63,479 nucleotides of DNA, filler included, from Octopus bimaculoides (GCF_001194135.2; 9 parts of 8 records of this genome joined end to end with filler, not necessarily neighbours in it); one strand, 5' to 3'; shown: positions 12,175 through 26,039, counted from the whole stretch's first letter. The notes: generated from the letters alone by a model not told the origin. A program made the numbers and translations.

Positions 12175-12362
12175 AATGATGATGATGATGATGATGATGA
12201 TGAGAAAAATGACGATGATGATTACAATGATGATGATGATGACGTTGATGATCACAGCCGTGGTGATAATGGCGACGATGATAAAGAAGAGAAAGAGATG
12301 AAAGAGGAGGACGACAAGAAGAGTGGTCGATAGTAATGATGATGATGATGATGATGATGGTG
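11957..12362. repeat. (GAT)n/(GAC)n microsatellite
   Basis: Direct reading. Confidence 0.95.
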
Positions 12363-12739
12363 ATGGATTCTTCAAGTAATCATCTTGCGATTGCGACATT
12401 TGTATGGACGGAATCGGTAGAAATTCCTGCAAATTCAACTTTGATGTCACCAAAAGAGAACTTCGATTGCAAAATTTGAAAGAGACCAATCAAATACCTT
12501 CTTCTCCACTCTCTGACTCAATTATGTTACCTTGGTTACTCTTCATGCTGCCGACAGATATTCCTGTGTGTGCGTGTATGTGTGTGTCTGTGTGTGTACT
12601 TGTGTGTGTGGTTGCGCGCTTGCGCGTGTGAGTTTGTGTGAATGTTATCATGTATCTGTGTTTGCGTCTAAATAGAGAGAAGAATGGATGTAGAGAGACA
12701 CAGAGAGATAAAATAAAACATATATATATATATATATAT

Positions 12740-12784
<45 letters not shown>

Positions 12785-12884
12785 NNNNNNNNNNNNNNNN
12801 NNNNNNNNNNNNNNNNNNNNNNNNNNNNTTAATTAATTAANNNNNNNNNNNNNNNNNNNNNNNNNNNNNNNNNNNNNNNNNNNN

Positions 12885-12933
<49 letters not shown>

Positions 12934-13134
12934 TCATACATATATGTATACATATATGACTATATATTAGTTTATGTATATACTAATATTATCTCAGTTT
13001 TAAAAAAAACCTTTGACAATGTAAATATGTTAATAGTTACCAGAGGTAGCAAAATTACACCAAAAAACCAAGATATCACAGTCGTTTTATAGGTAGAGAT
13101 ACCAAGTTAAAGTGATACATTTTGAGAAGATATG

Positions 13135-13743
13135 AATAATAACAATAAATGGAGCAAAACGCATATAAATAAAAGTTCCTTTAATTCTTACACATGTTTC
13201 AAAATATATGTGAGCTCTCCTACAAAGAAGTAAGAGCTGCTGGAATTCCACATTTATTCATCTTCAGGGAATCAACATGTAAAAGCAAGACAAATGCGAA
13301 ATGATGAGGTAACTTATGAGCTAAGATGTTACATGGCCAAGTGACCCTTAGAACGCTTGTTTACATAGAGATATAGAGGGATCAATAATATTATTCCATG
13401 GGCATTAGGAATAAGAACGCTTGTTTACATAGAGTTATAAAGGGAGGAGGTTGTAAACGTGAGGCTAAAGGTTTAAATTAAATGATTGAAATGGTGGGAG
13501 AAAGACAAATATGTTACAGTAAAGAAAACTAAAAAACTAAAAAATCGTGAGCTAATTGCTAAGTCAAAAATGGAGGAAGGGAGAGAACTAAGTGAGTTCA
13601 TCAAATTAAACATTTACTATTTAAGGAAAAACTAATTGCATATTTTATATGAAGTGAAGAAAGTGAATATATATTTTGAAACATGTGTAGGAATTAAAGG
13701 AACTTTTATTTATATGCGTTTTGCTCCATTTATTGTTATTATT
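13135..13743. mobile_element. Probable non-autonomous Penelope-type relic bounded by a 75-bp inverted repeat (13135-13209 / 13669-13743)
   Basis: The arms differ by one mismatch, include the 3' half of a hammerhead motif, and enclose non-coding DNA. Assignment to Penelope-like elements is inference. Confidence 0.55.
13185..13271 (-). ncRNA. Type I hammerhead ribozyme with an extended stem II (one stem I mismatch)
   Basis: Minus strand: TTCC-CTGAAGA-stem II (AATAAATGTG/CACATATATT with inner GCTCT/AGAGC)-GAA-ACAT/GTGT-A-AGAA. The inverted copy at 13690 has GGAA, which restores perfect pairing with TTCC. Confidence 0.6.
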
Positions 13744-13774
13744 TATATGAATATATATATATCTTTTATCTTTC

Positions 13775-14300
13775 ACTTTTATTTGTTTCAGTCATTTGGC
13801 TGCTGTCATGCTGGAGCACTGCCCCAAAGAGTTTTTTAGTCAAAGAAAAGGACCCCAGGACTTTTTTTTTATGCCTGGCACTTATGCTAGCAATCATTTT
13901 TACTGAGCTATTATGGCATGGGGACATCAGACACAAAACACGCACACATTTAGATATATATACTTATATATACATATATATGACAAGCTTCTTTCAGTTT
14001 CCATCTACCAAATCCACTCATAGGGCTTTGATTGGCCCGAGACTATTTTAGAAGACACTTGCCCAAGATGTCACACAGTGGGACTGAACTCAGAACCATA
14101 TGGTTTGGAAGTAAACTTCTTACCATGCAACCATGTGTCATTGCTTGATTGCCCTTTGCTTGACAACAAGAGTTGGCTTGTTTACATCCCCATAGCTCAG
14201 TGGTTCAGCAAAATGGGTCCAATAGAATAAGTATTAGACTTCAAAGAAAAAAAGGAAAACAGAATTTACTAGGATTGATTTGTTTGACTAAACCCTTCAA
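13775..14300. mobile_element. SINE family B minus copy (about 13775-14135) followed by a plus-strand tail fragment
   Basis: Similarity to 8889-9262 in both orientations. Confidence 0.75.
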
Positions 14301-14351
14301 GATTTAGTCAAACAAAATCAAACCTAGTAAAATCATTTCCTTTGACTAAAC

Positions 14352-14718
14352 CAATGGTTCCCATCTGGGGTCCAAAAGGCCCCTACAGATCCACATCAGA
14401 TTTCTTTTTTTTTTGGTGGTGGGGGGGGGAGGGAGGCGCCACATTACAAAATAGTAAATTAGGGATCCACAATAATATTTTAAGGGCCCCTGAAATTGCT
14501 TTGTTTTAAACATATGTGTTGATATTTATTGCAAGAAACAGCTAGGTTTCTTTCTCTAACGTTTTACATAGTTCAACCTACACAAATTAATCTACACACA
14601 TTAATAAATAACATTTAATAAAACTAGTTTTTAAACATTGAATGGCTACAGGGTCCACCAGAATAAAATAGTAATCAAAGGGGTCCATAGACAAAAAAAA
14701 AATGGTTGAGAATTCCTG
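14352..14718. mobile_element. hAT (Charlie-like) MITE
   Basis: Termini CAATGGTTCCCATC and GGTTGAGAATTCCTG; imperfect 8-bp TSD GACTAAAC/AACTAAAT; GGGTCC-type subterminal motifs. Confidence 0.65.
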
Positions 14719-15261
14719 AACTAAATCCTTCAAGACACATGATACAGTCCTATGCCTGAAACAAGTAAATGAAATAACAGAAAAGATTCTCTTTTAAACA
14801 ACAAGGTTCAAATTTGAATTAGAGAGTGTCACAGAAAAATTCCATCATTAGACATGTTTATATTAAGTACATAAACAATATCACATCTTGAGGCATATAC
14901 TTGTAAAAAATTTTTTGAGAGGAAGCAGAAAGCAAAAATAAAGAAAATAATTTTCATATGCTTTTCTCCTACATATAAGAAATGAAGAAACTAACAATTA
15001 AAATATACTTGTATAATGAAATTTAAATTAATTAAAGACTGATTCATCAGATATTTTTTTTTACTTTGACTAAATATTTGCATCAGTAGCTAAAGCTAAA
15101 GATTTTTCCAGTTATCTTTATTATTTTCTTTAGTGAAAAAAATATTTGATGATTAATAAAAACGGATTGTATTTCATTTTGAATACATACATAAATACAT
15201 ACACACACACACACACACATGCATATGTATGTATATATGTGTGTGCGTGTGTGTGTGTATG

Positions 15262-15342
<81 letters not shown>

Positions 15343-15899
15343 TATGTATGTATAATTGGTATTACACTTGCTTCTCACCTGATGTTTCACTCAGAATCAT
15401 AAGTATATTGAATTCTGCCAACTCATTATCAGTATAGCAATGCCTAAGTGAAATCAGAATGTGTGTGCGCATGTGTGTGTGTGTGTGTGTGTGTGCGTGT
15501 ACAAGTTTATGATATGGTACTTAAGCATGACAAATAACTAGAAATATTAGAACTCAATATATTACATTGCATTAAACTCTGAAAATTCATATTAAATGCA
15601 TATCAGTGTACAATGTTGCATATACTGAAAAATAGTCTACATCATATATACAAATGTATATACGTATGTACATACATACATACACACACACACATGTGTG
15701 TGTCTATGTATGTATGTATGTTTGCATGTATATATACATATATATCCATATGTATATATATGTGTGTGTGTGTGTGTATGTGTGTATATATATATATATA
15801 TATAAATATATATATAAAACCACTACCACCACCATTATCATCATCAATATCCTCCCCACCACGACCATCATTGTCATTATATATTATATATTACGTTAA

Positions 15900-17560
15900 C
15901 CATGTATTTGCTCCTGAAATGTTCCTCACCATAGTGCAAGCTTAGAAAAGGATTTTTTCTTAACATGAACCCAACAGAGAGTTCAGCCATCGTAGTTAAC
16001 AACACTATGAGAGATAAAACAATTAATGATATGAAAAGAGTTAAAGCCCTTAGTCCATCAAGAATTATTGTCAAGATCTTTCAGGTAACTGACGGTGGAG
16101 TGGAATATGGCCTAGTAATCCACAGAGTTAATCAGGTTGAACAGGAAGATCTCATATCTTATGACTGGTGTAGCAACATTATGATCATCTGCTACAAAGG
16201 TAAAGGAGATGCTAAGAGACAAGTAATTACATAGATATCATATCACTGGATCAGGTGAGGAAAGTTTCAGAGAGTGTTATGGCTGAACTAATTAGGAAAA
16301 GAGTAAGCCTAGATAATATGCTGTTTGATTTTGTGTCGAGGAGTATTACAACTGTTGCTCTCTTCATTATAAGACAACTTCAGAAGTATTTAGTCAAATA
16401 TAAGCCAGTGTACTAGGCATTTGTTAGCATGGAGAAAGTCTTTAACAGGGTTCCACACTCATTCATCTGGTGGTCACTGCTGAAGCTAAGGATAGATGAA
16501 TGGCTGATGAGAGCCATCGAAGCCATGGACGGAGGGGCTGCCAGTAAAGTGAGAGTTAGTAATAAATATAGCAATGAAAGGAGTGTGCAGGCAGGAGTTC
16601 ACCAGAGTTTAGTTCTTAATTGTCATAGTCCCCCAGGCTAAACAGAAGAATTTAAGATTAGTTGCCCGTGGAAGCNNNNNNNNNNGCCCATGGAAGCTTC
16701 TCTATGCTTATGACCGTGTTCTTATAGTATCGTAGAAATTAGTGAAGAAATTTCTGGGATGGAAACAATACTTGAAATCAAAGGACCTTAAAGAGATAAC
16801 TTAGCAAAGACCAAAGTTATGGTAAACAAGGAAACAGTCAAATCACAAATGCCTTTCAGAAAAATAGCCCTGCTTGATATGTAGAAAAGGAGTTGGTAGA
16901 ATTTCCATATAGTGAACTCACTGTAAACTGTGGACATGTCACAGTTGCAGCAGGGCAACAGAAAAAAATTGACTGTGTTGCCTATGCACTGGATCAATGA
17001 ACACTAAAAGCATGCAGGAAATAGATTTCCTTGAATACCCCAGAAGATCCTTAGTGATAGTAGTTTCCTGTTACCAAGATCATCTAATTAGCAGTGGAAA
17101 AGGATGTTCTGAAAGCATAGTTGCCAGAATAAGAATTGGATAGACAGCTTCTATTTCTGTGGGTAATAGGCAGATTGTATGATGCTTGTGTATACAACAT
17201 GGTAGTGAATGAAACATGGGCTGTAAATGAAGAAGACATGTGAAGGGCTGGAAGAAACAAAGTTTGTTTGCACCACCAGATGTGCAGCATCAGTGTACAA
17301 GACAAAATTGGGCATAACAGGTATCAGATGTAGAGTGCAAGAGAGAAGACAGTGCATAAAGAAGTGCTAATTGCTAAATATGGATGGAATTAGTGGAAGA
17401 AGGAAACCAAGGAAGACATGGGACAAAGTGGTGAAAATGATCTCCAGATGTTGAGCTCCAGAGAGATGACAAAGGACTGAACTGATGGTGGTTTGCTGTG
17501 CTTGATAAGACCCAGCCATCGAAGTAAAGATGAGGCCCTAAAGGCATGTCATTTATGTCT
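15900..17560 (+). mobile_element. Decayed 5'-truncated RTE-clade LINE (reverse transcriptase region and 3' end)
   Basis: Fragments DWCSNIMIICYKGKGDA, MEKVFNRVPHSFIWWSLLKLRIDEWL and VQAGVHQ, plus an LLYADD-like relic near 16700, match RTE RT motifs. Many stops and frameshifts. Confidence 0.85.
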
Positions 17561-17813
17561 ATGCCCCTACACACACTCTGTCTTGATGAATATCCCCACC
17601 ACAACTCCTCTTTCTTAACACCCCTCCCTCCATTCATTTTATTCTCCTCCCCTCCGTCTCACACTCTTCTCTCACATATTTCTAAACTTACCTACTCACT
17701 CACCTTCTCCAAATCTCTGTAGCACTTCATTTATATTCACTTCTCCATTACTTAAGGGCATGCCCTGACACATCTTCATCACTATCGTCTCTTTCTCTGT
17801 CTCTTTCTCTCTT

Positions 17814-17873
<60 letters not shown>

Positions 17874-18224
17874 TCTCTCTTTTCTCCTTTCTCTGTCATT
17901 TGCTCTCTTTTCAACTGGGATATCTCTTCTAGTCTGAGACACCCATATCTGTCCCTCCACCATACTTTAATGTCTCATTACCTGACACAAAGTCGCCCAT
18001 TACAATACTATCCCCAACCCCATTCAGTTGAGAGGCTTTGTCTTGCAACTCACTTGGTGACCTCCCTGGTATTTATGCTACATAAAAAGCACCCAACACA
18101 CCCTGTAAAGTAGTTGGTGTTAAGAAAGGCAACAAGCCATAAAAATCATGTTAAAGTAGACTGTAGAACTTGGCATAGACTATAGACATATATATGTATG
18201 CATATATTCTTTTTTCTTTTTCTT

Positions 18225-18630
18225 TTATTCTTTTACTTGTTTCAGTCATTTGTCTGCGGCCATGCTGGAGCAACACCTTTAGTCGGTCTCTTTGGCCAAC
18301 CCGCTAATGTTACGGGGATGTAAACACACCAACATCGGTTGTCAAGCAATGTTGAGGTGACAAACACACACACATATATACGACAGGCTTCTTTCAGTTT
18401 CTGTCTACTAAATCCACTCACAAGGCTTTGGTCAGCCTGAGGCTATAGTAGAAGTCAACTTATGCTGGTGTGTTTATGTCCCTGTAACATAGTGGTTCAG
18501 CAAAAACGACCAACAAAATAAGTACTAGGCTTACAAAGAATAAGGGGTCATGGGGTCGATTTTTTTTACTAAAACCCTACAAGGCAAGTGCTCTAGCATG
18601 GCCACAGTCAAATGACTGAAACAAATAAAA
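18225..18630. mobile_element. SINE family B minus fragment joined to a plus-strand tail fragment
   Basis: TCTTTTACTTGTTTCAGTCATTTG at the left end and CAAATGACTGAAACAAATAAAA at the right end are reverse complements. Confidence 0.75.
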
Positions 18631-19210
18631 AAACGAAAAAGAAGAAAAAGAATGATAAATAAACAAATAGAAAATAAAAGATAGAAAAGAAAAAAGAAAA
18701 ATGAATAATAATAAATACATAAATAAATAAATATAGTCTATCCAGAGTGAAAGAAAGACAGAAGCTAAAAATAATTAATTATCTTGTTGAATTAAACAGA
18801 AGATTGTTTCCATAGGAAAGTATCATTCTCTACGTTTATTATAATTAGTCTTTCGTTTTGCTTTCTCCGAATTTAATTCTTTGTAAACTATTGTAAACAA
18901 ATAAAAATAACACTGTTTGAAGAATTTTTTTACTTGTCTTTTATTTAGATGTTCGTTGTTTGTTGAGGGGTGTTAACAGCATTTTGTTTTCTTTCTCTTT
19001 TTGTTTATTCAAGTCATTGGACTGTGGCCATATGAGGTTTTGCCTTGAAGGCTTTTTACTGAACAAATTGACTTAAGTGCTTACATTTAAAGCTTCATAC
19101 TTATCCTATCGGTCTCTTTTGCTGGACCACTAAGTTACATAGATATAAGCAAACCAACCCTGGTTGTCAAGTGGAAGAGGTGGGGCTGCAGGCATAAGAG
19201 TGCATGCACG

Positions 19211-19250
<40 letters not shown>

Positions 19251-19264
19251 TACATACATATACA

Positions 19265-19300
<36 letters not shown>

Positions 19301-19800
19301 TAGATATATATTATTTTGTTTAAAAGAGTTCCAACACTGTCTGTTTTTTATGTTTTATTTATATTCCTGCAGAACTAATGTGGGGTATAGAATATGGAAT
19401 ATACAATATATAATATAATATACAATATACAATATAAAATAAAATAAAATAAAAATGGATGGCACCATGAAAGAAAGTATTGAATGTAGATGAAATATTG
19501 AGTGTTCAATATAAAGGATCAAATATATAAATNNNNNNNNNNNNNNNNNNNNNNNNNNNNNNNNNNNNNNNNNNNNNNNNNNNNNNNNNNNNNNNNNNNN
19601 NNNNNNNNNNNNNNNNNNNNNNNNNNNNNNNNNNNNNNNNNNNNNNNNNNNNNNNNNNNNNNNNNNNNNNNNNNNNNNNNNNNNNNNNNNNNNNNNNNNN
19701 NNNNNNNNNNNNNNNNNNNNNNNNNNNNNNNNNNNNNNNNNNNNNNNNNNNNNNNNNNNNNATGTATATATATGTATATATATGTGTATATATATACACA

Positions 19801-19838
<38 letters not shown>

Positions 19839-19921
19839 TATACACATATATGTATATATATGTGTATACACACACACACATATATACACTCACACACATA
19901 CACATATACATTTATATATAG

Positions 19922-22900
19922 CAGTGGCGGATGCACAATACTGGGGCCTTGAAACTTAAAATGTTATGGGGGTGGCCCCTATACAACCAGCAAAAGTAGG
20001 ATAATATTCAACAAGGGTCAAAGAATTTTCTTGCTGTTGCAAGTAACTCCAGCCTTGAGGCCCTGATAGCCCAAATGGTGAAGTGGTGACGTGGAGTCCT
20101 TAAAGATGAGTCTGACAGTGAGCCCTCTTTCCACCAGAAACAAGGTGTGGGTAATCACCGATATCTTTGTCAATGTGGTTGTTCCATGGCAGATCACCAC
20201 ATTTTTCTTTCCAAATTTAAGCACTACATTTCAGATTGTGGTTCTCAAAGTCACTGGTGTGAACAAATATTTTCCAGACTATGCCTTATACTCTTAGAGT
20301 CATGGGGGTTAAAAATAAGGGAAGCATTATACACATGCATGATACATCATAGAATAAAGACATAAAACATAACAAATACCACAATTGATATAATCTAACA
20401 TTAATCTTATATTTAAGATATATATGAAAATTACAAAATACCCTTTTTTCTGATTTTTTTTTATAGTAACGTATTCCTTTGCAGTTTTGTCATATGAGAG
20501 TTTCCTTGCAATATCATTTTCTAGAGACAATATGCATAAGGAATTTAAGTGCTCTTCAGTCGTGATAGACCGAAATTTATTCTTTATAAAGGAAAGCTTT
20601 GACAAATTCTTTTCTGCTTTACAGCTCATGGTAGGCATTGACATGTGCAGTGGTAATATTAGGGAACACTCAAATTCCACCGATATCGGTTTTGCCTTTC
20701 ATCCTTTCGGGGTCGATAGATTAAGTACCAGTTGTGCACTGGAGTCAATCTAATTGACTGGTCCCCTCCCCAAAAATTTTGGGCCTTGTGCCTATAGTAG
20801 AAAAGAATATTAGGGGATGTGTCAACTGTTCCTCATAAATATGCTGAAGAACTTCTGTGCATTGCATTTTAGATGGTGTGTTTTCTTCTGTGTTCTGTGA
20901 ACACTCATTTATTAATTTGTGGTTGATATTGTCTTTGTAATGCGATATAATAAGTTTGATACTGTCCCCATCAAATTTTGAATTCTTCATCAGTTCTGAC
21001 AGAAACTTGAACCTTTTCGCAATCTGCTCATATAGGTCCATCCTCTTGCTTAACTAGATTATCAAGCAGTCATAGACTTGATGTAGAACTTCTATCCTAA
21101 ATTTTTCAGCCCCTTTCAAAGAAGCCCTATCACATGTTCTATCTGCAAATTTCTTTGTAACAACGCAGTTGGAAACATCAGAATAATTTGTGGTGATATA
21201 TTCACATAAACCTTTTTGCTACTGATTCATAGTGTGCAATCCTGTCGGCTGAATTTTTTCACAATTCTTTAACAAATGAAAGCAAAGATGCTAGCAGAAG
21301 GTAACCTTCAAATACATCAAAACCAGGGGTTCGGAGTTTCTTACTTCTTTTGTTAAAATGCACCATAACTTCTTCCCAAACAACTGTTAAAACAGCTTAT
21401 TCCAATTTTACCAACTTATGGTATGAATTCTTTGCATCTCGCTTACATTCAGGCTTCTCTTCTGAGTCTTAAAGCATATGTTTGAGAGTTTGTAAAATAT
21501 CTCTATATCCATTTTTAATTGCTTGGACTGCTTCATAGTGTGCAGACCATCTAGTTACGCTTAAGCTCTTTAGAGAAAAGGCCAGATTTCCCTGTTTAAA
21601 ATCCCCCATCTTCGAGGAGATTGAGAAAAGGAAACATACAGCTGCTGCAAGATGTCAAAATAGTCAATAACTTCAGGTACAGTAGACACTGCCTTTTCTC
21701 CATACCTGCATACCTGTTAATGTTTTTAAGAAGTGCTTGCAGCCCTTTCTCCAAGCCCTTCATATTGGAAGCATCATCGTATGACTGACCATGGATATTT
21801 TCAAGAGAAAGCTTATGCTCCCCCAGATATTGTGTTATTTTTTTTAACAAGGTCGTGGATGAATGGTTTTCTATTGGCAAAAATGCTAAAAATCTCTCAC
21901 AGGGTCTTCCATTATAACAGTATCGAATCACAATTACCAGCTGGTCAAAATGTGTTATGTCAGGTGTAGTCAACAATAATTGAGTAGTATTTGATGTCTA
22001 GGTTGTTGATCTGATTCACCACTTCATTTTTCCCATGTTTTCCCATGATTTCTATCAATTCTTCATACACAGATTTGGATAGGTAAGTAATATTTACTTT
22101 TGTATTTTTGCATTTCTCTAAATGTTCATGTAAAAATGGGTCAAACTCTGCAGTAAGCTCAATGGCCCCCAGGATATTTCCATTGTTTAGAGAACACCAC
22201 TTTTCCTCAAGATCTCTAAATGTTAAACCACTTTCACTTAAAGACTTTATAATGACGACAACTCTTTTTAGTACTTCAAAATAGTACTGCATGTTTTTAT
22301 GGCAAAAGTTCCACAAGTTGCTGATCCACTGGGTTTTTATTTGATCTTCGTGTTAGCCAGCTCAACATCACCCTTTTATGTTCCATGTTGTCTTCATGAT
22401 TTTCTAAAGTTCTGAGTATATTCATCCAATCAAAAAACCCACCTGTTGTCAGTGATATTTGGCACTTAGAAAAGAGTTTGCAAATGAAACAGTATATACA
22501 GCCTTTGCTCTTTGAGTAAACTAACCAGGATCTCATCACAGTCTGACCATTTTCCAATCTTTTTTTAAAGTACTTGTTTGACAAACTTCGGTTTCGCTCT
22601 TTGTAAATCTTGTTGGATTCAGTATAAAAATTATCTGTTTTTTTTTATTTTGAGAAAAACTGATGTCTTGCATTAAACAGTTTTGTATAAAACCATTATC
22701 AATTGTTACGGGCCAGTTTGCCAGGTCACTGTATTCTTCGAGATCATTAAATTTGCTTTCTGTTTCCTGTTTCTGCTCTCTCTTTTCTTGAAGTTTTTTT
22801 GACCACTGTGATCATCATCTGTACCCAAAAGTGTCAACAGTTGGTTGATTATTGTCAAACAGAGCACTCGTAGTTTGTACACTGTCATTGACTTCACTGG

Positions 22901-23070
22901 TGCTTGCACAGCTTGTTTCAGTTGCAAGTGATGAAAAACTGTTACTTGACATTGTAAAATAGTTTGATAGATTTTGACGTTTAGAAATTTCGTTAGATTG
23001 CTTTTCCTTGAGTTGGTGTCTCTGGTATTCACTTAAATACTTTCTTGAAGACATTGCTATTCCTCTCTGG
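19922..23070 (-). mobile_element. Decayed hAT-superfamily DNA transposon with a ZMYM1/TTF-type transposase pseudogene
   Basis: Fragments in the expected order: MSSRKYLSEYQRHQLKEK; TTF zinc finger RSWLVYS..CIYCFICKLF..GFFDW..H..H; NNGNILGAIEL..FDPFL; YYSIIVD/TPDITHFDQLVIVIRY; GQSYDDASNMKG; SLSVTRWSAHYEAV; dimerisation domain SCKAEKNLSKLSFIKNKFRS. The terminus CAGTGGCGGA lies at 19922. The opposite TIR was not found. Confidence 0.9.
20665..20805 (+). mobile_element. 5'-truncated SINE family A copy inserted in the hAT transposase
   Basis: Family A body flanked by the 10-bp direct repeat AATATTAGGG (20655-20664 and 20806-20815). Confidence 0.9.
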
Positions 23071-24159
23071 GTCTAGACCTCTGCGGAAAAAAAAAAGGGG
23101 GTAATATTTTCATTAGCCACAAGACAGAGATTGATCAAAATAAGGGAAAGAGGCAGAGAACGTGCTGTTTTCTGATTGGCTGAAAATTCTGGAAATTATC
23201 AAACTTTGAACACCTGTAACATTTTTGAAAAACTTTTCTAGAATAAATGAATAACAAATTCGGATTCAGAGTTAAAAATTACATCTGTATGATACATTAA
23301 ATTTTTTTTTAAAATAAATGTAAACAGGTTTGAAAACCACAAAGATTAACACAAATTCACAAAAATATTCTGAAAATATCAAAAAATAAGAGAAATAATA
23401 ATAAATGAGACAATATGACTAATTAAATGGTGAGCTTGATCAAACCTCTGCCAAATGTTGAAGTATTTTTCTGGGACAAAATAGTTGTCCACTTTTCATT
23501 ATTTTATTGTATTCCACATTTTGAAATGCATTCAAGTTGCATTAAAATGATAAAAATCTCCCCACTTACCCCCTTATATCATACCTCTCACNNNNNNNNN
23601 NNNNNNNNNNNNNNNNNNNNNNNNNNNNNNNNNNNNNNNNNNNNNNNNNNNNNNNNNNNNNNNNNNNNNNNNNNNNNNNNNNNNNNNNNNNNNNNNNNNN
23701 NNNNNNNNNNNNNNNNNNNNNNNNNNNNNNNNNNNNNNNNNNNNNNNNNNNNNNNNNNNNNNNNNNNNNNNNNNNNNNNNNNNNNNNNNNNNNNNNNNNN
23801 NNNNNNNNNNNNNNNNNNNNNNNNNNNNNNNNNNNNNNNNNNNNNNNNNNNNNNNNNNNNNNNNNNNNNNNNNNNNNNNNNNNNNNNNNNNNNNNNNNNN
23901 NNNNNNNNNNNNNNNNNNNNNNNNNNNNNNNNNNNNNNNNNNNNNNNNNNNNNNNNNNNNNNNNNNNNNNNNNNNNNNNNNNNNNNNNNNNNNNNNNNNN
24001 NNNNNNNNNNNNNNNNNNNNNNNNNNNNNNNNNNNNNNNNNNNNNNNNNNNNNNNNNNNNNNNNNNNNNNNNNNNNNNNNNNNNNNNNNNNNNNNNNNNN
24101 NNNNNNNNNNNNNNNNNNNNNNNNNNNNNNNNNNNNNNNNNNNNNNNNNNNCCACAGTT

Positions 24160-25830
24160 TACCTATGATTCTCCATGAATATGCTCACCTTGTCATTTTC
24201 TGAAACTTTGCAGCTGTATATTTGACTATTTCCAATCTGTTCAGTTTTTTCAGTTATTGAATACAAGGAGGTGTTTTCTTGCCCTTGCTTCAGTGTGGCC
24301 TTCTGAAGGATTATTTTTCGTCTTCTCACAATTTCTCTTGTTATTCCTCCATTTTCATTTTATTATAATATTTTATATTGTGTGTGTAATTTTTAGTAAT
24401 TTATAATAGTTTGTATATATTATTTTTTATCTTTGTAACCATCCAATGGATATTTTATAAGTTCATCTTTCATTTTCTCTCATTGTTTCTCCATTTTCAT
24501 TTTCTCATCTTTTTATTGCATATTTACTTTTTAGTTATTTACATTAGTTTACTGTATTTCTTTACATATTTATAGCCATTCAATGGATATTTTATAAGTT
24601 CATAGTTGTTACTGAGGGTCACCACTCACCTGTTTTCACAACAAGTACTTTTTATTTTTGACATTTATTCTAAATGCTGTCAATATTTTTCTCTTGTTCT
24701 TAAAGCAGTGTGTTGGCAGAATCATTAGCACACCGGGCAAAATGCTAAGCAGTATTTCATCTGCCTTTATGTTCTGAATTCAAAATCCACTGCAGTTGAC
24801 TTTGCCTATCATCCTTTCACGGTCAATAAAATAAGTACCGTTTGAGCATTGGGGGCTTCACCTAATCTCCTGAAATTGCTGGCCTTGTGTTGAAACTTGA
24901 AAGCACTATTTTTCTTCTTCTACCTAGTCTTTCTAATCTATTTAGCATCAAACTGAGAACATTACAATAACTTGTTACTGATACAGCGAAAGTATTGATG
25001 CCTACTCCATTACATATGTGTTTAACTCTCTTTTCAGTGTTAATCTAATGCATCTATAATATTCCTTCTTAATCTTTCCTTTCGTTTGTAGGAGATGTAC
25101 TTCTTCTAATTCAATGATTCCTAAGAATTTGTGAGTCTGTATTTGATCTAATTCTCTTATGAGTTGCATAATGATACAACTTAGATAATTCTGTGTAAAG
25201 TGTGCGAGGCAGTGTTTTTTCTGGTTCTTCTTCATGTTCTGAATTCTAAACCCACTGAGGCCAGTTTTACCTTTCATCCCCACTGAGTCAAAATAAACTA
25301 CAAGTTAAATATCAAAATTGACAGAACTGGCTAAGTCTCTCCCCTTGAAATTGCCTAAAATTAGAAACCATTATTATTATTATATTTCTATTGTAAGGTA
25401 GCAAGTTGGCAGAATCATTAGCGGGCCGGGCAAAATGCTTAGTGATATTTCTTCTGTTTTTGCGTTCTGAGTTCAAATTCTGTCGAGGTTGACTCTGCCT
25501 TTCAACCTCGCAAGGTCGATAAAATAAGTACCAGTTGAGCACTGGGGTCAATGTAATTGACTTATCCCTTCCCCGGAAATTGCTGTCAAAATTTGAAACC
25601 ATTATTATATTTCCATTGTTGTTGCTTTGTTTTATACTAGTTGTTCCAAGTTTCAACTAGGGACCTCAAGAAATGGTAAGGCAGACTTTTTAAAGTGGCT
25701 GTTATTTATGAGCAGCAATGATATATTTCTGAGAAAGGAGGCCAAACAATAAGGATTAGGATTCTGTTAAAAATTTGTTGGAATATCTGCAATTTTAAAA
25801 GATTTTTAAAGATTTTACAAAATTCATTTA
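24160..25830 (-). mobile_element. Decayed Dong/R4-like non-LTR retrotransposon fragments, interrupted by SINE A copies (about 24710-24905 and 25395-25605)
   Basis: THKFLGIIELEE..KIKKEYYRCIRLTLKRELN (about 24960-25150) resembles the post-RT region of Dong/R4-like elements. A KTPPCIQ*LKK relic near 24250-24290 resembles their N-terminal region. Confidence 0.55.
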
Positions 25831-26039
25831 CTCCCAGGTTGGCCTTGTTTTACCTTCGGATGTTGGCTGTACCAACATTCATGANNNNNNNNNNNNNNNN
25901 NNNNNNNNNNNNNNNNNNNNNNNNNNNNNNNNNNNNNNNNNNNNNNNNNNNNNNNNNNNNNNNNNNNNNNNNNNNNNNNNNNNNNNNNNNNNNNNNNNNN
26001 NNNNNNNNNNNNNNNNNNNNNNNNNNNNNNNNNNNNNNA

